Both the position numbers and the translations under genes were made by a program. The notes under the pieces were generated by a model. That model saw nothing but the letters and a program-made list of their open reading frames with translations. It had not been told where the DNA came from and made no database searches. From the NCBI GenBank assembly GCA_013265495.1, contig MU058781.1, positions 8,971,009-9,035,008 on the forward strand: a stretch of 64,000 nt of DNA, given 5' to 3'. Origin of the DNA: Vicugna vicugna. Taxonomy: Eukaryota. This document shows positions 1 through 13,335 of the stretch, piece by piece. Position 1 is the first letter of the stretch. Each line of letters begins with the position of its first letter.

Positions 1-74
1 TCCTGGCTTATAAGCAACTGTTTCCTCATTGTGTCCTCATGTGCCCACCAGTGCTGTTCCAAACAAGGTCCAGA

Positions 75-268
75 CAGCCAGTCCCCTAAATGTGTGGATC
101 TCAAATGAGCTAACTACTGGAGCAAGCACTTAGGAATTTGACAAAATAACTTATAAGTCAATTGGTTCCTGATATATTGAAACTTTTTTTAGGAAAGGAA
201 AGGAAGAAAGGAGGGAAGAGGTTTTTTTTTTAAGCTGGTCTTCACCGCAGATAGCTTGAGCACCATTG
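75..268. mobile_element. Possible hAT-Charlie-type MITE remnant
   Basis: Right end ctggtcttcaccgcagatagcttgagcaccattg resembles Charlie-family termini; left end is degenerate. Confidence 0.4.
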
Positions 269-3200
269 GTCAGGGCAATCTGATCCGAGCATAGCCACGA
301 GTCTGTTTCACACCAGACTCCCAAGTTGGGTGCTGAAGAAGCGGGAACTTACCACTGATTCTTCCCTTCCTTTATTCCCCTCCTGGCAAGGGAATGATTA
401 ACTTGAGATGGAGGCAAATGGTTAGAATGAGAGTCCTCTCTGAGTACCCGGAGTTCTGGGTAAGAAGTGGCATTGACCAGAGCTGCAGTGCCAAGCAGAA
501 AACAAAACAACAGAAAAATTTATTTGTATAGATCAAGTCAGCCTGTTAGGAGTTTGGAGAGCGCCAGGACTCCAGAGAAGTTGAGGTACCCAGTTTTCAC
601 TTCTAGCAGCAAGGTTTATGGCAGGACCTAATTCTGGCCCCTGTCTCCTGATAACTGGTGGCCACCAGGTACCCTCCACCTTGAAGGTGATTAAGTGAAG
701 AGCTGAAGGATATTGGCTGGATTCATGGACTGGGGACCCTCACTGCCAGCCCCTGAGCAGGTTATTGGAGGCAGCAGCGACATCCTCGGATACAAGGAAC
801 AGGGCGCCAGAAGGTTCAGAGGTGAAGACCTGTGTTGATCATTTGAACCAAAGCATAGGCAAGAATATAAATAAAATGCCTGAAGAGAAATGGGAAGGAC
901 AAATTGTAGAAAGGCATCCTTAAAGAATCAATATGAACTAGCTTGGGTGCAGATTAAAGCAAGAAAACATCATTTTTACATAACTATTCCAAGAAGTTAG
1001 AGATGGTAATGGTGGTAGTGCATTTATTGACTATTAAATCAGAAGCAGTATGACCCTCATAAAGATTGTTTATGCAGAGCAGGGTTGAAGAGCCACATGA
1101 TAAAACTTATAAGCTTTACTTACAAGAGTTCTAACTAGGGTAGAAAAAAAAAATCCTGCCAGACAGCATGTCTGCTTTGTTTGGAATAGGAGCATAAATA
1201 TCTAATTTGCCTTGTTACAGAGAAGAATGCATGATCTGTGCCGGCTGTAGCCAAATAATCATTCCATCAGGCTCAGAATGTAGGGAGCATAATTAATTTG
1301 CTGATTCGGCCTAATCCTTATTCTCAGAGGATGAAACCGAAATCTGCAAGTTCATATTTCATTTAGTCATATTTTATTTCTTAGAAGCTAAAAACACTGT
1401 TGCTAGAAGATCAAAAATACAAGCAACCAGTATAGGTCAGTATAGCCTGAATTAGGAAAGTTAAAAACACACACAGTAATAAATCTCTGGAAGTTTGTTT
1501 TTCCCTCAGCATCTCTCTATTTTGTAAGGGTTGTGTTTTTTCTGTTTTTGCGTGTGTCATCAAAGCAGGTGTGTCTGCAGTGATGGCTGCGTCTCATGAG
1601 TGGAAGGTAGGACCGCGGGGACTTTTAATACTAGCATTTCATCACCAAAGCTCTTCTGTTCATTTTTCTGTTGAAGAAAAACAAGGGTGACTAACAGCTC
1701 ACACAAAAGCTTTGTGTTTGTTTTTACACAAAATTGGCTTGATGCTCCTTAAATTAGAGATTGATATTTTCTTTTTGAAATTTGTCAGGCTTTTATTTTT
1801 CAGCTGGTCTCTTGCTCGCCAGCTGCCTTTGTGCATTTGGTGTTTCAGTTCCCTAGTGTCATTGCAATAAACGAAAGCAAATACATTTTTATTAAACTGT
1901 AAAAATGATCAACTATACACTCTTACAGAGAATGTTCGTAATTGTTTGATACTGTTTTCTTTCCACATTGAGTCAACCTGAAAGACTACTGATCGTACCA
2001 AACCCAGTTTTTTGGCGCCCTCATTCTCCAGGCCTGTGTCTCTGGGGACCCTGGTTGGGAGGGTGATCGTGTGCCTTGCTGCTCTGTGTTGAACGCCCCG
2101 TGACAGGCTGTCTGGAACAACTCAGGTCGTAGAACAGCGCGTTTCACCGTGTGAACTGCCTGCCGTTCTGGGACAGGGGAGGAGGAGAAACACCTCCTCG
2201 TTTATGACTAAGTGAAGAGGGAGTTTGAAGGCGAAAAACACACAAAATTTTAGTAGGCGTGTTGTGTTCAGAAAAGACTAGAATACTGTTCCATACGAAG
2301 TTTTAATTTTGCCTTAATTTATAGAGATGTGTCAAAATGGTCAGAGTGATTACTTTCATTTCTGTCTTACTTTACGCAAAGCAGTTCACCTGTGAATCTT
2401 ACCAAGCCGTGCTCTCTTGAAGTCTCTATTTCACTTCCTCAAGCCTCAGTTTTCTGGTCTGTGAAAAATGGGCATAAAACTGCAAGTTGTCCTGTTAATC
2501 CCCCAGAAGTGTGAAGGTCAAATGATGTAGCTTTCAGTCAAGCAAGTGTTGTTCAGGTATGTTCCTTCACTGGAGTGAGGTCACATACGTTCATTAACAG
2601 CCGTTTGTAAAGCAGCCCCCACATGGGAAGGCTGTCAGGGAGCCCAGGGTCACACCCGCGCTGGAGTGGGTTCTGTGATGGGGCAGGTCATACTGAATCA
2701 CCTGTTTGTTCTCCAGAATAAAGGGAACAAGTCCAGGCAAGCTGGGGCTGGGCCGAGGCAGACGGGGAGAATGCCATCACTTCACTTCTTTTCTAAGATT
2801 TCCTGTTTTAAGTATTCTTTGCTCAAAACCAGAGAATTGTGCCAAGTGGTTTCATCCTCATTAAGTATCCAGAATCAGTTCTCCAGTTTCACGATGCTTG
2901 AGTGCTCAGTGGTCACATGCCCTTGGGTTACCGGGAGCCTTAAGGATTTTACCGTCTCCCACGTGTCTCTGTGAGGTCTGCAGAGCTGGTGGCACAGAAC
3001 TTTGTCCATGCATGGGATTCACAGCCTCTGTTTCCAAGTAGTCACATTTTCCTCCTCGGAACAATGTCCTAACTGTTGAAAGTGTGCAGATTTTCAGGTT
3101 TGTTCTTAATGATGGGGAGCAGAAAGTCTGTAAAAATTTTTAAGTAATATTGTAAATGCCTTCACTTACTGAGCTGATCTTTTCACATTGAGAATCAGTA

Positions 3201-5822
3201 TCTCCTTTGCAGTAACTCCTTAAAAAAAAATTCCAAAAGCTTGTAACATTATTTATGAGAAAAGATTTTTTTATTCCTCCTATGTTAGCAACATCCCAGA
3301 AAACTGGAATTCTCTGTTAACTCCTAGGTCAAGCATCCCTCTTGACCACAGCTCCTTTATTCTACTTCATTTGTAAAGCAGCAGTTTATTCTTTACTTGA
3401 TTCCTAGCCTCTGTTTAGGGAGCATTCGAACTTAATCTCAACAAAGAATAGTAATTCAGATTTGCAGTCTGTGGTATTAGGGAATAGAGTGAAATCAAGT
3501 AATTTTGGCATTAGGGGGAAACCATAGAGATCACTTATCTAAACCACTTCATTCCACAGTGCGGCAACCACAGCCCAGAGAAGCTAAGTGTCCATCTATA
3601 GTCACATGGCTGATTTGTGGCTGATCCTGTAGTTTGGTGCACTAGGCAACGTGGAGGGTGATATTTCCTAAAGGTTATGGGAGACTGGAATGTAACTTTT
3701 TTATTCAAATAAATACACGTGAAAACCGGCTTGGAGATTGTGCACTTGTCCACTGCTAGTATCCAATACTACATCTTTCTGCTATGCTTCACGAGTCTGG
3801 ACTGCGTGTAGCACTAGGAATGGCCTAGTAAATAGCCCAGCAGTAACCTAGCAAAAGGAAACGTATCATCAGACATGGCGTTGAGAGTCAGGGACTGGGC
3901 CTTTGCCTGAGCTCCAGCATGTACTTTCTGGGTCTTGGGTTTTTTACCTCCTCTGAAATTAGAACGGTCAAAATGCCTGACATGACAAACTGTCAGCTCC
4001 ACAGAGTACCAATCTCCCATAAAAATTACTAAAAAGGGTTGCAGTTTATGTCCCATAGCCAAGAGGAAAAAAAAGGTTTTGATTTCTGATATTAACCTCT
4101 CTAATCTATCCAACAAATTCCAAGGTAGGTTCAGCTCAAAATCAGTATGCAAAGATGCAAAGACCGCACCGGCCTCGGTTGCCTTTGCTCTTAACTTTTA
4201 TGAGTTTTGAAGGGAGGAGGGAAAGGTGTAGAATTATTTCTAGAGCCCCTAGTGTTATTTCTGGGTTAGGCTGGTCCCACTAAGATATTCCTGAACTCAC
4301 CTTCCTACCCAGGTTTCCTTCAAATCTCATACTGTCCTATGATCAAAGTAAACCTCCTTTCTCCTGCACGTTCCTGTCTGATCCAAGTCCACATCTGTGT
4401 TTTGGGGACCTGCACTTGTCTGTGGCCCATCAGCAGTAATGCCTATGGATGCGATGACCACAGGCTCTTCAGTGAGCACAGGCAGGGAGTCAATGGAGGG
4501 GAAATGTCTATGCCCCAGAACCTGCCATCCAACTAACAGCTTTTTTGCTGTCACTGTAACACGTGATCCAGGTGAAACCCAACTTGGGTTCTCTCCCCAT
4601 GATGTCGTTGTATTGAGGTCCTTCTTGATGTGTAACGAAGAGGAACTTCAGGACAGAAAATGCACAAGATGAAGCTCTAGAAAGCTTAGGTCTTCAGCTT
4701 TGTCATGTATTGGTTGTCACTTATAAAAAGGATTTTAACCTTTAATCATCTGAAAAGTAGCACCATGTGAATAACTACCTTGCTTACCAGATTGGCAAGT
4801 AGAGCGTGAAAGGGAGGAATAGGACCTGTGGATTTAGGAGGCCTCTGTGGACAACCTGGGAGGTCAGACCATCACACAAAGACTTGGAGATTAAACTAAT
4901 AAGAAGAACAAAGCCTAACCTTCAGCTCTGTCTCCCTTATCTCTTCAAAGGAAGCTTGAAAGTTACGTGAGCCGAGCTTCCTAGTTAGTGCCCTGCAACC
5001 AAGACCGCCCTCTCTCCTTGACCATGTGGGGTCTGACTCTCCTTTGACTGGAGAAGAAACTAATTATGGCTTGATTTTTTTTTTTGAAAGAATGATTAAT
5101 AATCACTTCCATTTGGTGGAATGTAATCTGTGGAGGCAGCATCAATGTTTTTACTACCTTATGAACCAACATAAGGAAGAAGGAAAAACAAAAAACCCTG
5201 TGTACTCTTTTGCAACAAACTATAAAATAATATATTTAATCTTGAATAATTAAACAAAAACATTTTTATTCACATAATGTTACAATCATATTGCTAATAC
5301 CAGCTTAATGCTTGCTTTTGAACTAATTCATTTTCTCATTTGTGGCAATCGAGAAAGGTTTATTAAATCTAATGACTGTTTTAGGATTAAGTAGGGGAAA
5401 AGCATGTTCTAATTACAGGGATGGATAAAAGCAAACTAATTAACCAAAAACGTGTATTTCCTTCCTGAGAGATGTCTGGTCGGCCATATCCGAGATGAAC
5501 TTGGGTTACCTAGCTCCTGAGTTTTTTAATCATGTTTTTAGATTGCATTTTTTACACCATCTGTACCATTAACATGACTGTAATTTCTGTCACAGTTGGA
5601 AGCTTCAGTTAATAAATGTTTTGTTTTGGAGGGGGCTGGGAAGGCTGACAAGAAGATGGCAATGTTTGTGAATGAACCAAAAGAAGAGAGCATGTCTTAA
5701 CTGAAGGGACCATGAAGTGAGATGCTGTACAGTTCCCTGTGCCTCACCTTACATCTTACGTTTACTTGGGAAAACAGTCTTAATTCATCCTTCAAAAAAA
5801 TCTGATTGAATAACCCACCAGC

Positions 5823-5858
<36 letters not shown>
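5823..5858. repeat. (TAA)12 microsatellite
   Basis: 12 perfect TAA units read directly. Confidence 0.97.
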
Positions 5859-5860
<2 letters not shown>

Positions 5861-8800
5861 CATAAATAACCTCATTTGTGTGCAACAGAATATATACAGA
5901 AGAATGTGTACTTCTTTTATGAAATTCAGAAGCATTTCTGTATATCCTGAGCAAAGCAGAGAATCACAGTGCTATAGTTTTGAATTCCAAATGAATTATT
6001 TTATCCCTCTTTGAAAAAAAAAAATGACTGGTTTTCTGGATATGCCTTCCTTTTTTAGCTAGCAAGTACCACTATGGCCTTGTTTTCAAAACTGGAGAGA
6101 ATGATCAGAGTTTTTAAATAATCTGATTGTAATTTCAAAGAGAGGTGGGATACTGATGAAAAGTCCATAGGAACAGATAATAAAATTGGGGGGTGGGGTC
6201 TGGGAGGCAAGACACAATGCGAACTGTGGAGGATTGCCCCAAACCAAGTGCACATACTTTTCAAATGGAAAAGGTTATCATTCATGACTAAAAAATCATA
6301 AACTATATGAAGACTGAAGTTTTAGTTAAGTCGTAGAATACTAGGATGAAATTTTACATCTGAAAGCATGAGACGTGAGCTTTCCTAATGCGAAGGAAAC
6401 ATCAGTATATATCCTGTGCCTGGTGTGTGCTGAGTGTTTAGGGACACAAATGATGAAGATAGGAGCCTCCCTCAAGGAGCTTACAGAGAAAGTCAGTATT
6501 TGGGGGACCAGGAGTTACAGCAAAGTAGAAATTACACTAATTTGCTTCCAAAAAGTCCTTTACAGGGAATTTGTATAATAAAATTATTTGAGTAGGAGAT
6601 AAAGGAAATAGCACTCAAATTACCTGGTGGCACTGATTTGTGTATATAGTGGCCTTCGGCATCTGCTGGCCATATATCCTGAAGCCTTTGTGAATCCTCA
6701 GCTTCCCAGACAACATTACAACTTAGAGTTGCAGCCCTAAACTGTGCTAGTAAAAGTAGTTGAAAATTTGGAATGGCAGCTTCAGGCCTTCCTGAGACTG
6801 TGCATTGGCAGTAAAGAAACCATTTCAAGATGTCAACACTGGGAAGTTGGCACAATTCACCCTTTAAGTGAGTCCATCCCATCTACCAGTCTTGAAGTCA
6901 TTTGGGAATTCCAAATTGTGTGTCACCAAAATAGCAAAGCTATGTCCTGAACTTCCAGTGGTAAGGATCTCACACTGGTTTGAAAGAATTCTCACATTAA
7001 TTGTGCATTTACCAAATAGTCCATACTTCCAAGAGCAAGGGGAAAAAAAAGGCTTTTGAGTGTTCATGAGCGAGGTACACTGGTATCCCTTACTTGCAGT
7101 GCTAAAAGTCAGAACTCTGGATGACTCCTTCAAGAGCGTCTGATGGAAGCTGGCTTCCATGGTCCTTAGCCCAGGACTGTGTTTTCCAGCAATATGTTCT
7201 TGTTAACAGAATTCCACTCCTGAAGAGAACAATTCAGATTTGAATTTTGTTGTAATGAAAGTTTCCCTGTATAACCAAAACTTGACCCTTCAAACAAAAC
7301 CTGGTTAAGATAATGCAGGCAAGTGTAGCCAAAGCCGCCATGGAGTTTGCGTGAAATTTGGCTCTGAGTGTCGGCCAACCAAGCACTCTTATCGGTAAAA
7401 CCAGTCACCTTGGAATTGATCTGATTAAACATTTGAGTCAACTTAATATTTAAAATGCTTTCAGATAATTGCCACGAAGTCTTATTAAATGCAGCAGCCC
7501 GATTTCAAGGTTGTCCTGTCAGCTCCATCCCGACAGGCTTTCCCTGTTCCATTGCTGGCTTTCTGACTGACTCTTCACCAGCCTGAAATCAGAGTAATGA
7601 AAACAGTCAAACTGCTCATAAAATGTCACATCACTATGAGAGCACGCATTATTTCTACAGATATTTTCTGTCAGTCACTAGATCACTACTCAAATGACAG
7701 CAGTGCCTGCCTGGAACATGCTTGCAAAATGACAGTCCCGTACTGTGAAGACTACTTCAGCAGTAAAATTTACTGATTTGCCCCTTTGATCTCAGCCTAC
7801 AAAAGATACCAAATGTTACTCAGGAATAAATAAAACATGTGGAAGAAAAGGGGAGAAAAGGTTATATGCTGCATTTTACTTATCAATGTCATTTCCAAGC
7901 CAACAATTTTATTAGGGGTAGGGGTATGGTGACGTGCTATTTTTAGTTTGTGGGGGAGAAATGTGACATTTAGAACAAATGTCATAGCATTTCTTCAATA
8001 AAAATCCATGCTGTCAGCTGCCTAGCTCCAGAGAATTACAGAAAAGCCGTACTGAACCAGGAGAGGCAGCAATAACCAGGGTTGGGGTTTAACCCGCTCG
8101 GCACCAGTCTGAGTGCGGACGGACACTAATGACAGTTTTTGTTGGTTGTGTAGCTCTGGGACGCAGGCCTGACTTTGCACAAAGAGTGTTTCTTAAAAGA
8201 ATCTATTCTGTCTACCTAAGAAATGACCCCGTGTTCAACCAAAGCTTTGTGACCTGTTTTGTTCAGTGAACCTTGAGGAGAAAGCAATTTCTTCACAAAC
8301 AAAAGAAGAACTCAAATACCTACTAAAATAATGATTCCAATACGAAAGTCAGAAAATGACTTTTTTATTCCCTGTAAACAACAAAAGGAATAGCAAAAAA
8401 CAGTAGAGGAGAAAATTTTTAGAATTTAGTATGAAAAGAAATAACATGTGATGAATGGAGTGCTTGTTATGGAACATTCTGCCCTTATCTCTCCCCCTGT
8501 TTTTTGGCATCTGTTCACGTTCTACCATGAAATATCTCTGGGTTGTTATTTAACTTTTCAGGGACAAGAGCCATATCTTACATTTCTCTAAATTCCCCAC
8601 AGCGCCTAGCACATTTCTTGATAAAATGATTGAACAAATAAAGCCTTGGTTTGGGAAATATGGCCCATATCTAATTTTTAAAAACTTTTTAGCTCCCCCT
8701 GGCATGCCACCCCCACCCCAAACACACAGAGTGATAACTTTCAGGCTTTGTCATTTTCAAGGCTCAGATCCTACTCAGTCCACCCTTACTCTGTTGAGTG

Positions 8801-10639
8801 GTAATAGTAGTCTTTGCCGACTGCTACCTATGCATTTTTAAATAAGTATCATCATTTTCATTAATTGAGAAGATGGAGACATTTGCGACTTTCTTAACGT
8901 CATCTCCTTTCCCCTTACAAATAATCCTGTGCTTCAGTCGTGATCTTTTCTTCCTTCCTGTCTCAGAGAGGTTCCTCTTGTCCTTGACAGAGCTCTTCCT
9001 TGCCCTCCATTCTCAATCAGATCTCTTCAGGCTTTCCTGGAATTCCATCATTTGTCTCCCTGGTTCTGGGACGTCTTCCTTTTTGCTTTCTGATGGGCAT
9101 AGTAATAATCTCCATTGTAACCTGACTTCTTCTCCAGTTGCCATTAAATTGCTGAACATGAACTGAGCACTCAGTAGGTCCCAGGCATTGAGCCAAGTAA
9201 TACATGCTGGTATGTATACCCTCCACTAAGCTAGAGTTGCTTCTCTTAAATAGCTGACAACCGCCAAGCTGATTGCACTGGTAACTTCTGTGTATCACCT
9301 CCACAAACAATCATTCAGCAAGCATTCTGAATCAAGATCAAGTAAGTCAGTGATGGCTAAAGACAGCCCTTGCTCTCAGGTATCACGTAGTGTATGTGAT
9401 TCCTGGAGCCCATACCAGCCACACCTCACATTTTGAAGTTTTGTTTGTTTCCTGCCCCAAATTCCGAAGTGTGTTTTATATGTATCCATAATGCTTAAGG
9501 CAATTTTTCTTCAGTTACTGTGGAAACATTTTGAAGGCAAAGACCATTTTTCAAAAATTGAATTACTTTTTTATCTTTCATGGTCATTGCCTGACAGAGG
9601 TCCCTCACCACAGAGCCTCTTCCCACGGCCACTCAGATGTGTCCTGTTCCACTCCGGGGGGGACCAAGCACATCTCAATCTAGGCAGCTTTTGGGGCTCA
9701 AGAAATATTTTCTTTTGATTCTTAGGGTACCAGCAATTTGTGAAACATTGCTTTATTTTCTGAAATTTGTCCTTGAATCCTTTCTTTCTCCTACTCTCTT
9801 AAATCCCCCCTAGTATATAAAGCCATGGAAATAGTCATTCATATTCACTGGTTCAAGAGTAGGTGGCTGTTTGGAAAACTCATTGTTATATGACTTAGAT
9901 ACATAAGACTTAGTAAATTGTATATGCCCCCAAATTGTATATACCTGTGACCTGTTTTTTCTTACAATGGTTTACGTGGCTTTTTAACACTGTTATATAT
10001 ATTGACAACCTCATTGGCAGAGTGGAGGTCTGTGATTTCTTTTTATCATTAAGCGTTGTCATTTCTACCCATGGATTCTCAAACACAAAGAAAAAGAATT
10101 GCTCTTGTATGGCTTTGTTTAAGACTTTAATGAACTAACCTAATGTCATTTGAACTTGGGTTGCTTCTGCTTCCGATGTCAGATCTGTTCTATTATGGCA
10201 GCTGTGATGATCATCAGTAGCAATATTGGATATTAATCAAAATGTAGTGTTTCTCACCTTCACATTTGTACGCACATACAGGGAGGAAGGGTATCACTCT
10301 CATAACTAGCTACAGAATTCCTCTTAGGAAAGGAAATCGCTTTGTTTAGGAAACTACTTTGATAAATAATTTAATGGACAAAGTAAGAACCTGAGGCCAC
10401 GGATTAGAAGGAAGCAAGGCTATGAAAGGTAGACTTGACTGCTCTGCAGAAGGAAAATAGAGGGGATTTTCTCTCAGGATAAATGGAAGAAAGAGTGAGA
10501 AAGAGGAGGAAGAAGTGGGGGAATAATCAATATTCAGTTCTAGGTGGTTTGCATTTTTTCCCTGTATGCTCTTCATGACAAAACTAAGTCAGAAGACCGA
10601 AAATTGGAAACTACATGTGACCTTGAGAATGTGAGACCT

Positions 10640-10734
10640 GGGGGAGCGAAGCTATAGCTCAGTGGCAGAGTGCATGCCTAGCATGCATGCGGTCCTGGGT
10701 TCAGTCCTCAGTACCTCCATGAGAGAGAGAGAGA
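10640..10734 (+). mobile_element. tRNA-derived SINE (vic-1 type), short form with (GA)n tail
   Basis: A-box TAGCTCAGTGG, B-box-like GGTTCAGTCC, body tgcatgcctagcatgcatgcggtcctggg. Confidence 0.85.
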
Positions 10735-11714
10735 TGTGTACTTGGGGATACCAACACCTTCATTTCTCTTTCAAACATATCTTACACCTCAAATCAAATG
10801 ATGAGTAATTTGTAATCTGTACATCAATATTATTTGGCTCCATATGTCATCATATTTTAAGACCAGAATCTTATCAAAATCTTGATATATTTTCCAATCT
10901 GTATATATTTGCTTATTAAGAGAAAAAGTAGTTCTTTGCTTCTAACTAGGGGCTCATTAGATGTAACTTTTAGAGATTTAATCATTGAGCTCTTGTCTGC
11001 ATGAAATGGAAAAGCAGCTTACTTTGTAGAAGTTGTTAGCTTCAGCGGTTGCGAAATGCTGTACTGTGTACAATATTAAAATACGGGGATGGTGGTTATT
11101 TTGAGAGTGTAATTACTGTGTTCTGACTACCTCCTTTTAAACCTTTAGGCCATTTATTGCTGACCCATTTTGGTAGCCATTCATGTTTATGAGAACTGTT
11201 TTACCATATTGATTACAATGTATCTAGAAACTCAGCTATGAAAAAAGTTATTAATTCAAATCTAAATTATCTTCTAGAAAAACATTTTTCCCCACATAAT
11301 TGTTTATTTTACCTAATTTTTCTCTAGAATTACTCTGTCGTTAAGCAGTGTGTATGTGGGGGCAGGTAGGAGGGGGGTAACTTTGAAAAGCTGTAATATT
11401 TAATACTGATTTCTTCATAGTAGGGAGGGAACTTTTGAAGTAAAATATTCAGTTTTAGCTCAGCTCAAGTTAGAAATAGGAATAGGAAACATGGGAGGAC
11501 AAGCAGAATCATTGTGATGGCAGAAGGGTGAGGAAGCTGACTGGAGAAGTTCATGGAGAAGCCGGACGTTGCCCAGGACATCGAGTCCATCCCGAGACTC
11601 AGTTCTCCCTCTGGGTACCTTTCCAATCTAGTCTTTTCTCTCCGTTCTCATGACTTCCCATTTTTGCACTTTTTACAATTTGTCTTTATTGCTTCTTTCA
11701 TTTTCTGTCTTGAT

Positions 11715-11819
11715 ACAATTACAGCTCTTTTAAGAGCAAGGACTGTGTCTGCTTGCTGTATCCCCAGTGCTTGGGACCTTTAGAAGGTTAATGAGTGTTT
11801 GTTGAATGAATTAATGAAT
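11715..11819 (+). mobile_element. L2 3' end
   Basis: agagcaaggactgtgtct...tgctgtatccccagtgctt...gtttgttgaatgaattaatgaat. Confidence 0.7.
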
Positions 11820-11899
11820 TCACTTATAAATCACTTTGCAAGTTGGTGATCGTTATGTTCAAAAGACTCATTTCCCATGCATTAGTACTTAGTCTTGCT

Positions 11900-12400
11900 G
11901 GGAATTAAATTCGTAAAATATGTGAGGACAACCTGACAGTATGTATTAAGGCCTTCCAAGTGTAAAGAGGAATATATTGAAAGAAACAGTCATGAATTTG
12001 AATAAACATAAGTCTATGAGGATGTTCATTGCAGAACTGTTTGTAATAATAAAATGTTTTTAAAAAACCCCTAAATATCCTATAATAGGTGATGACTTAA
12101 TAAATCCACTACATTCACGTGCTATAAGCCCATACAGTTACTGCAAGTCATGTTGTAAAAGAATATTTAATATGGGCAAATGTTTATCAATATGTAAAAA
12201 ATGGAAATAGTGTTATAAGATAACACATATCTATGATATGAATTTTATTAAAATAATTACTAAACATTTGCTTCAGAAAAAATAAGACCGATAACATAGA
12301 GACCACAACGTTAACAAGAGACTTTATCGCAAAGGGACAGAATCCACGGTGCTTTTCACTTTCTTTTTTTATGCTTTTCTAAATTTTTTTGAAAATGTCT
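11900..12400 (+). mobile_element. Old L1ME-type 3' fragment
   Basis: aggatgttcattgcagaactgtttgtaataataaaa...cctaaatatcctataataggtgatg...aaagaatatttaatatggg. Confidence 0.55.
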
Positions 12401-12911
12401 AAAACAAACAGCTAATGCTTTTTGTAAAGAAGGGTGGAAGGAAGGAATGTTTCCCAGTGCCACTTTGTAGAGTGATGGGTCAAGCCCACGGGGAAGGAAT
12501 GGAAACATAGGTGGAAGCTGGGGAGGGGAGAGCAGTGTGTGTGAAGAAGCTGGAGATGGCTCAGCAGGCACCATGGAATTTGGGTGGTGAGATTAACAGG
12601 CTGCAGATACCTGGAAAGGTGCAGCGAGATCCCAGGAACCGGAGGAGCAAGGTTGGTACGCACATCTTTGTCACTGCTCCGTCGTGGAGTCCTCCTAGAA
12701 GCATCAGGCCACGTGGAGTAGGTGGGAAGCAGAACTCGAAGCCTGATAAGCTTTGTCAAGGGGAAGGCTCTGTGGTCTGCCTGGGGGCGGGGGTTTCCGT
12801 ATAGAATTTGAGCACATTTTAGCTGTATGTGTCTTTGGCTCTTAATACGTGTTTATTGATTTCTTTTTCTGTACCTTGTTCTTGGTTTCTGCAGTGGTAT
12901 TTTGAGAGCTG

Positions 12912-13148
12912 GTGGGTGGAGTGGAAAGAGAGGGGCTTTTGAGCGTGGCAGAATTCAGCCGACAAGAGTTCACTCTGTGCTCTGTCACTTCTGAGCTCTG
13001 TGACCTTGGACAACTTTGCTTCAGTGCTCTGAGCCAGTAGTGCTAAGATGAGGCTAATAACAGGTACCTTGCAGGGTTTTTAAACACAATAAATGTATGT
13101 AAAGTCACAACCTCAGTGCTTTGCACAGTAATAGACAGCCAATAACTG
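12912..13148 (+). mobile_element. MIR SINE
   Basis: ctctgtcacttctgagctctgtgaccttggacaa...ctctgagcc...aatgtatgtaaagt...cagtgctttgcacagta. Confidence 0.7.
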
Positions 13149-13252
13149 TATAACTGTTAGCTGTTGTCCTTAAGACTGCCTTTCCTCACTGCTCCTGCTT
13201 ACGCTAGCTCACTGTATCTTATGATCACATAACCATATGCTGTGTCCATGTC

Positions 13253-13335
13253 TTTTTTTTTTTAATGGAGCTACTGAACCCAGGACTTCATGCATGCTAA
13301 GCACGCGCTCTACCACTGAGCTGTTACCCTCCCCC
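13253..13335 (-). mobile_element. tRNA-derived SINE (vic-1 type), short form
   Basis: Reverse complement GGGGGAGGGTAACAGCTCAGTGGTAGAGCGCGTGCTTAGCATGCATGAAGTCCTGGGTTCAGTAGCTCCATTAAAAA. Small deletion after the B box; diverged TSD tgtg..atgtct. Confidence 0.87.

Noticed and set aside
5697..5954. 85-aa ORF with a poly-Leu membrane-like stretch
   Set aside because: The poly-Leu is the (TAA)12 microsatellite read on the minus strand.
7703..7723. p53/p63 response element around GAACATGCTT
   Set aside because: One perfect half-site only; the adjacent half-site has a broken core.
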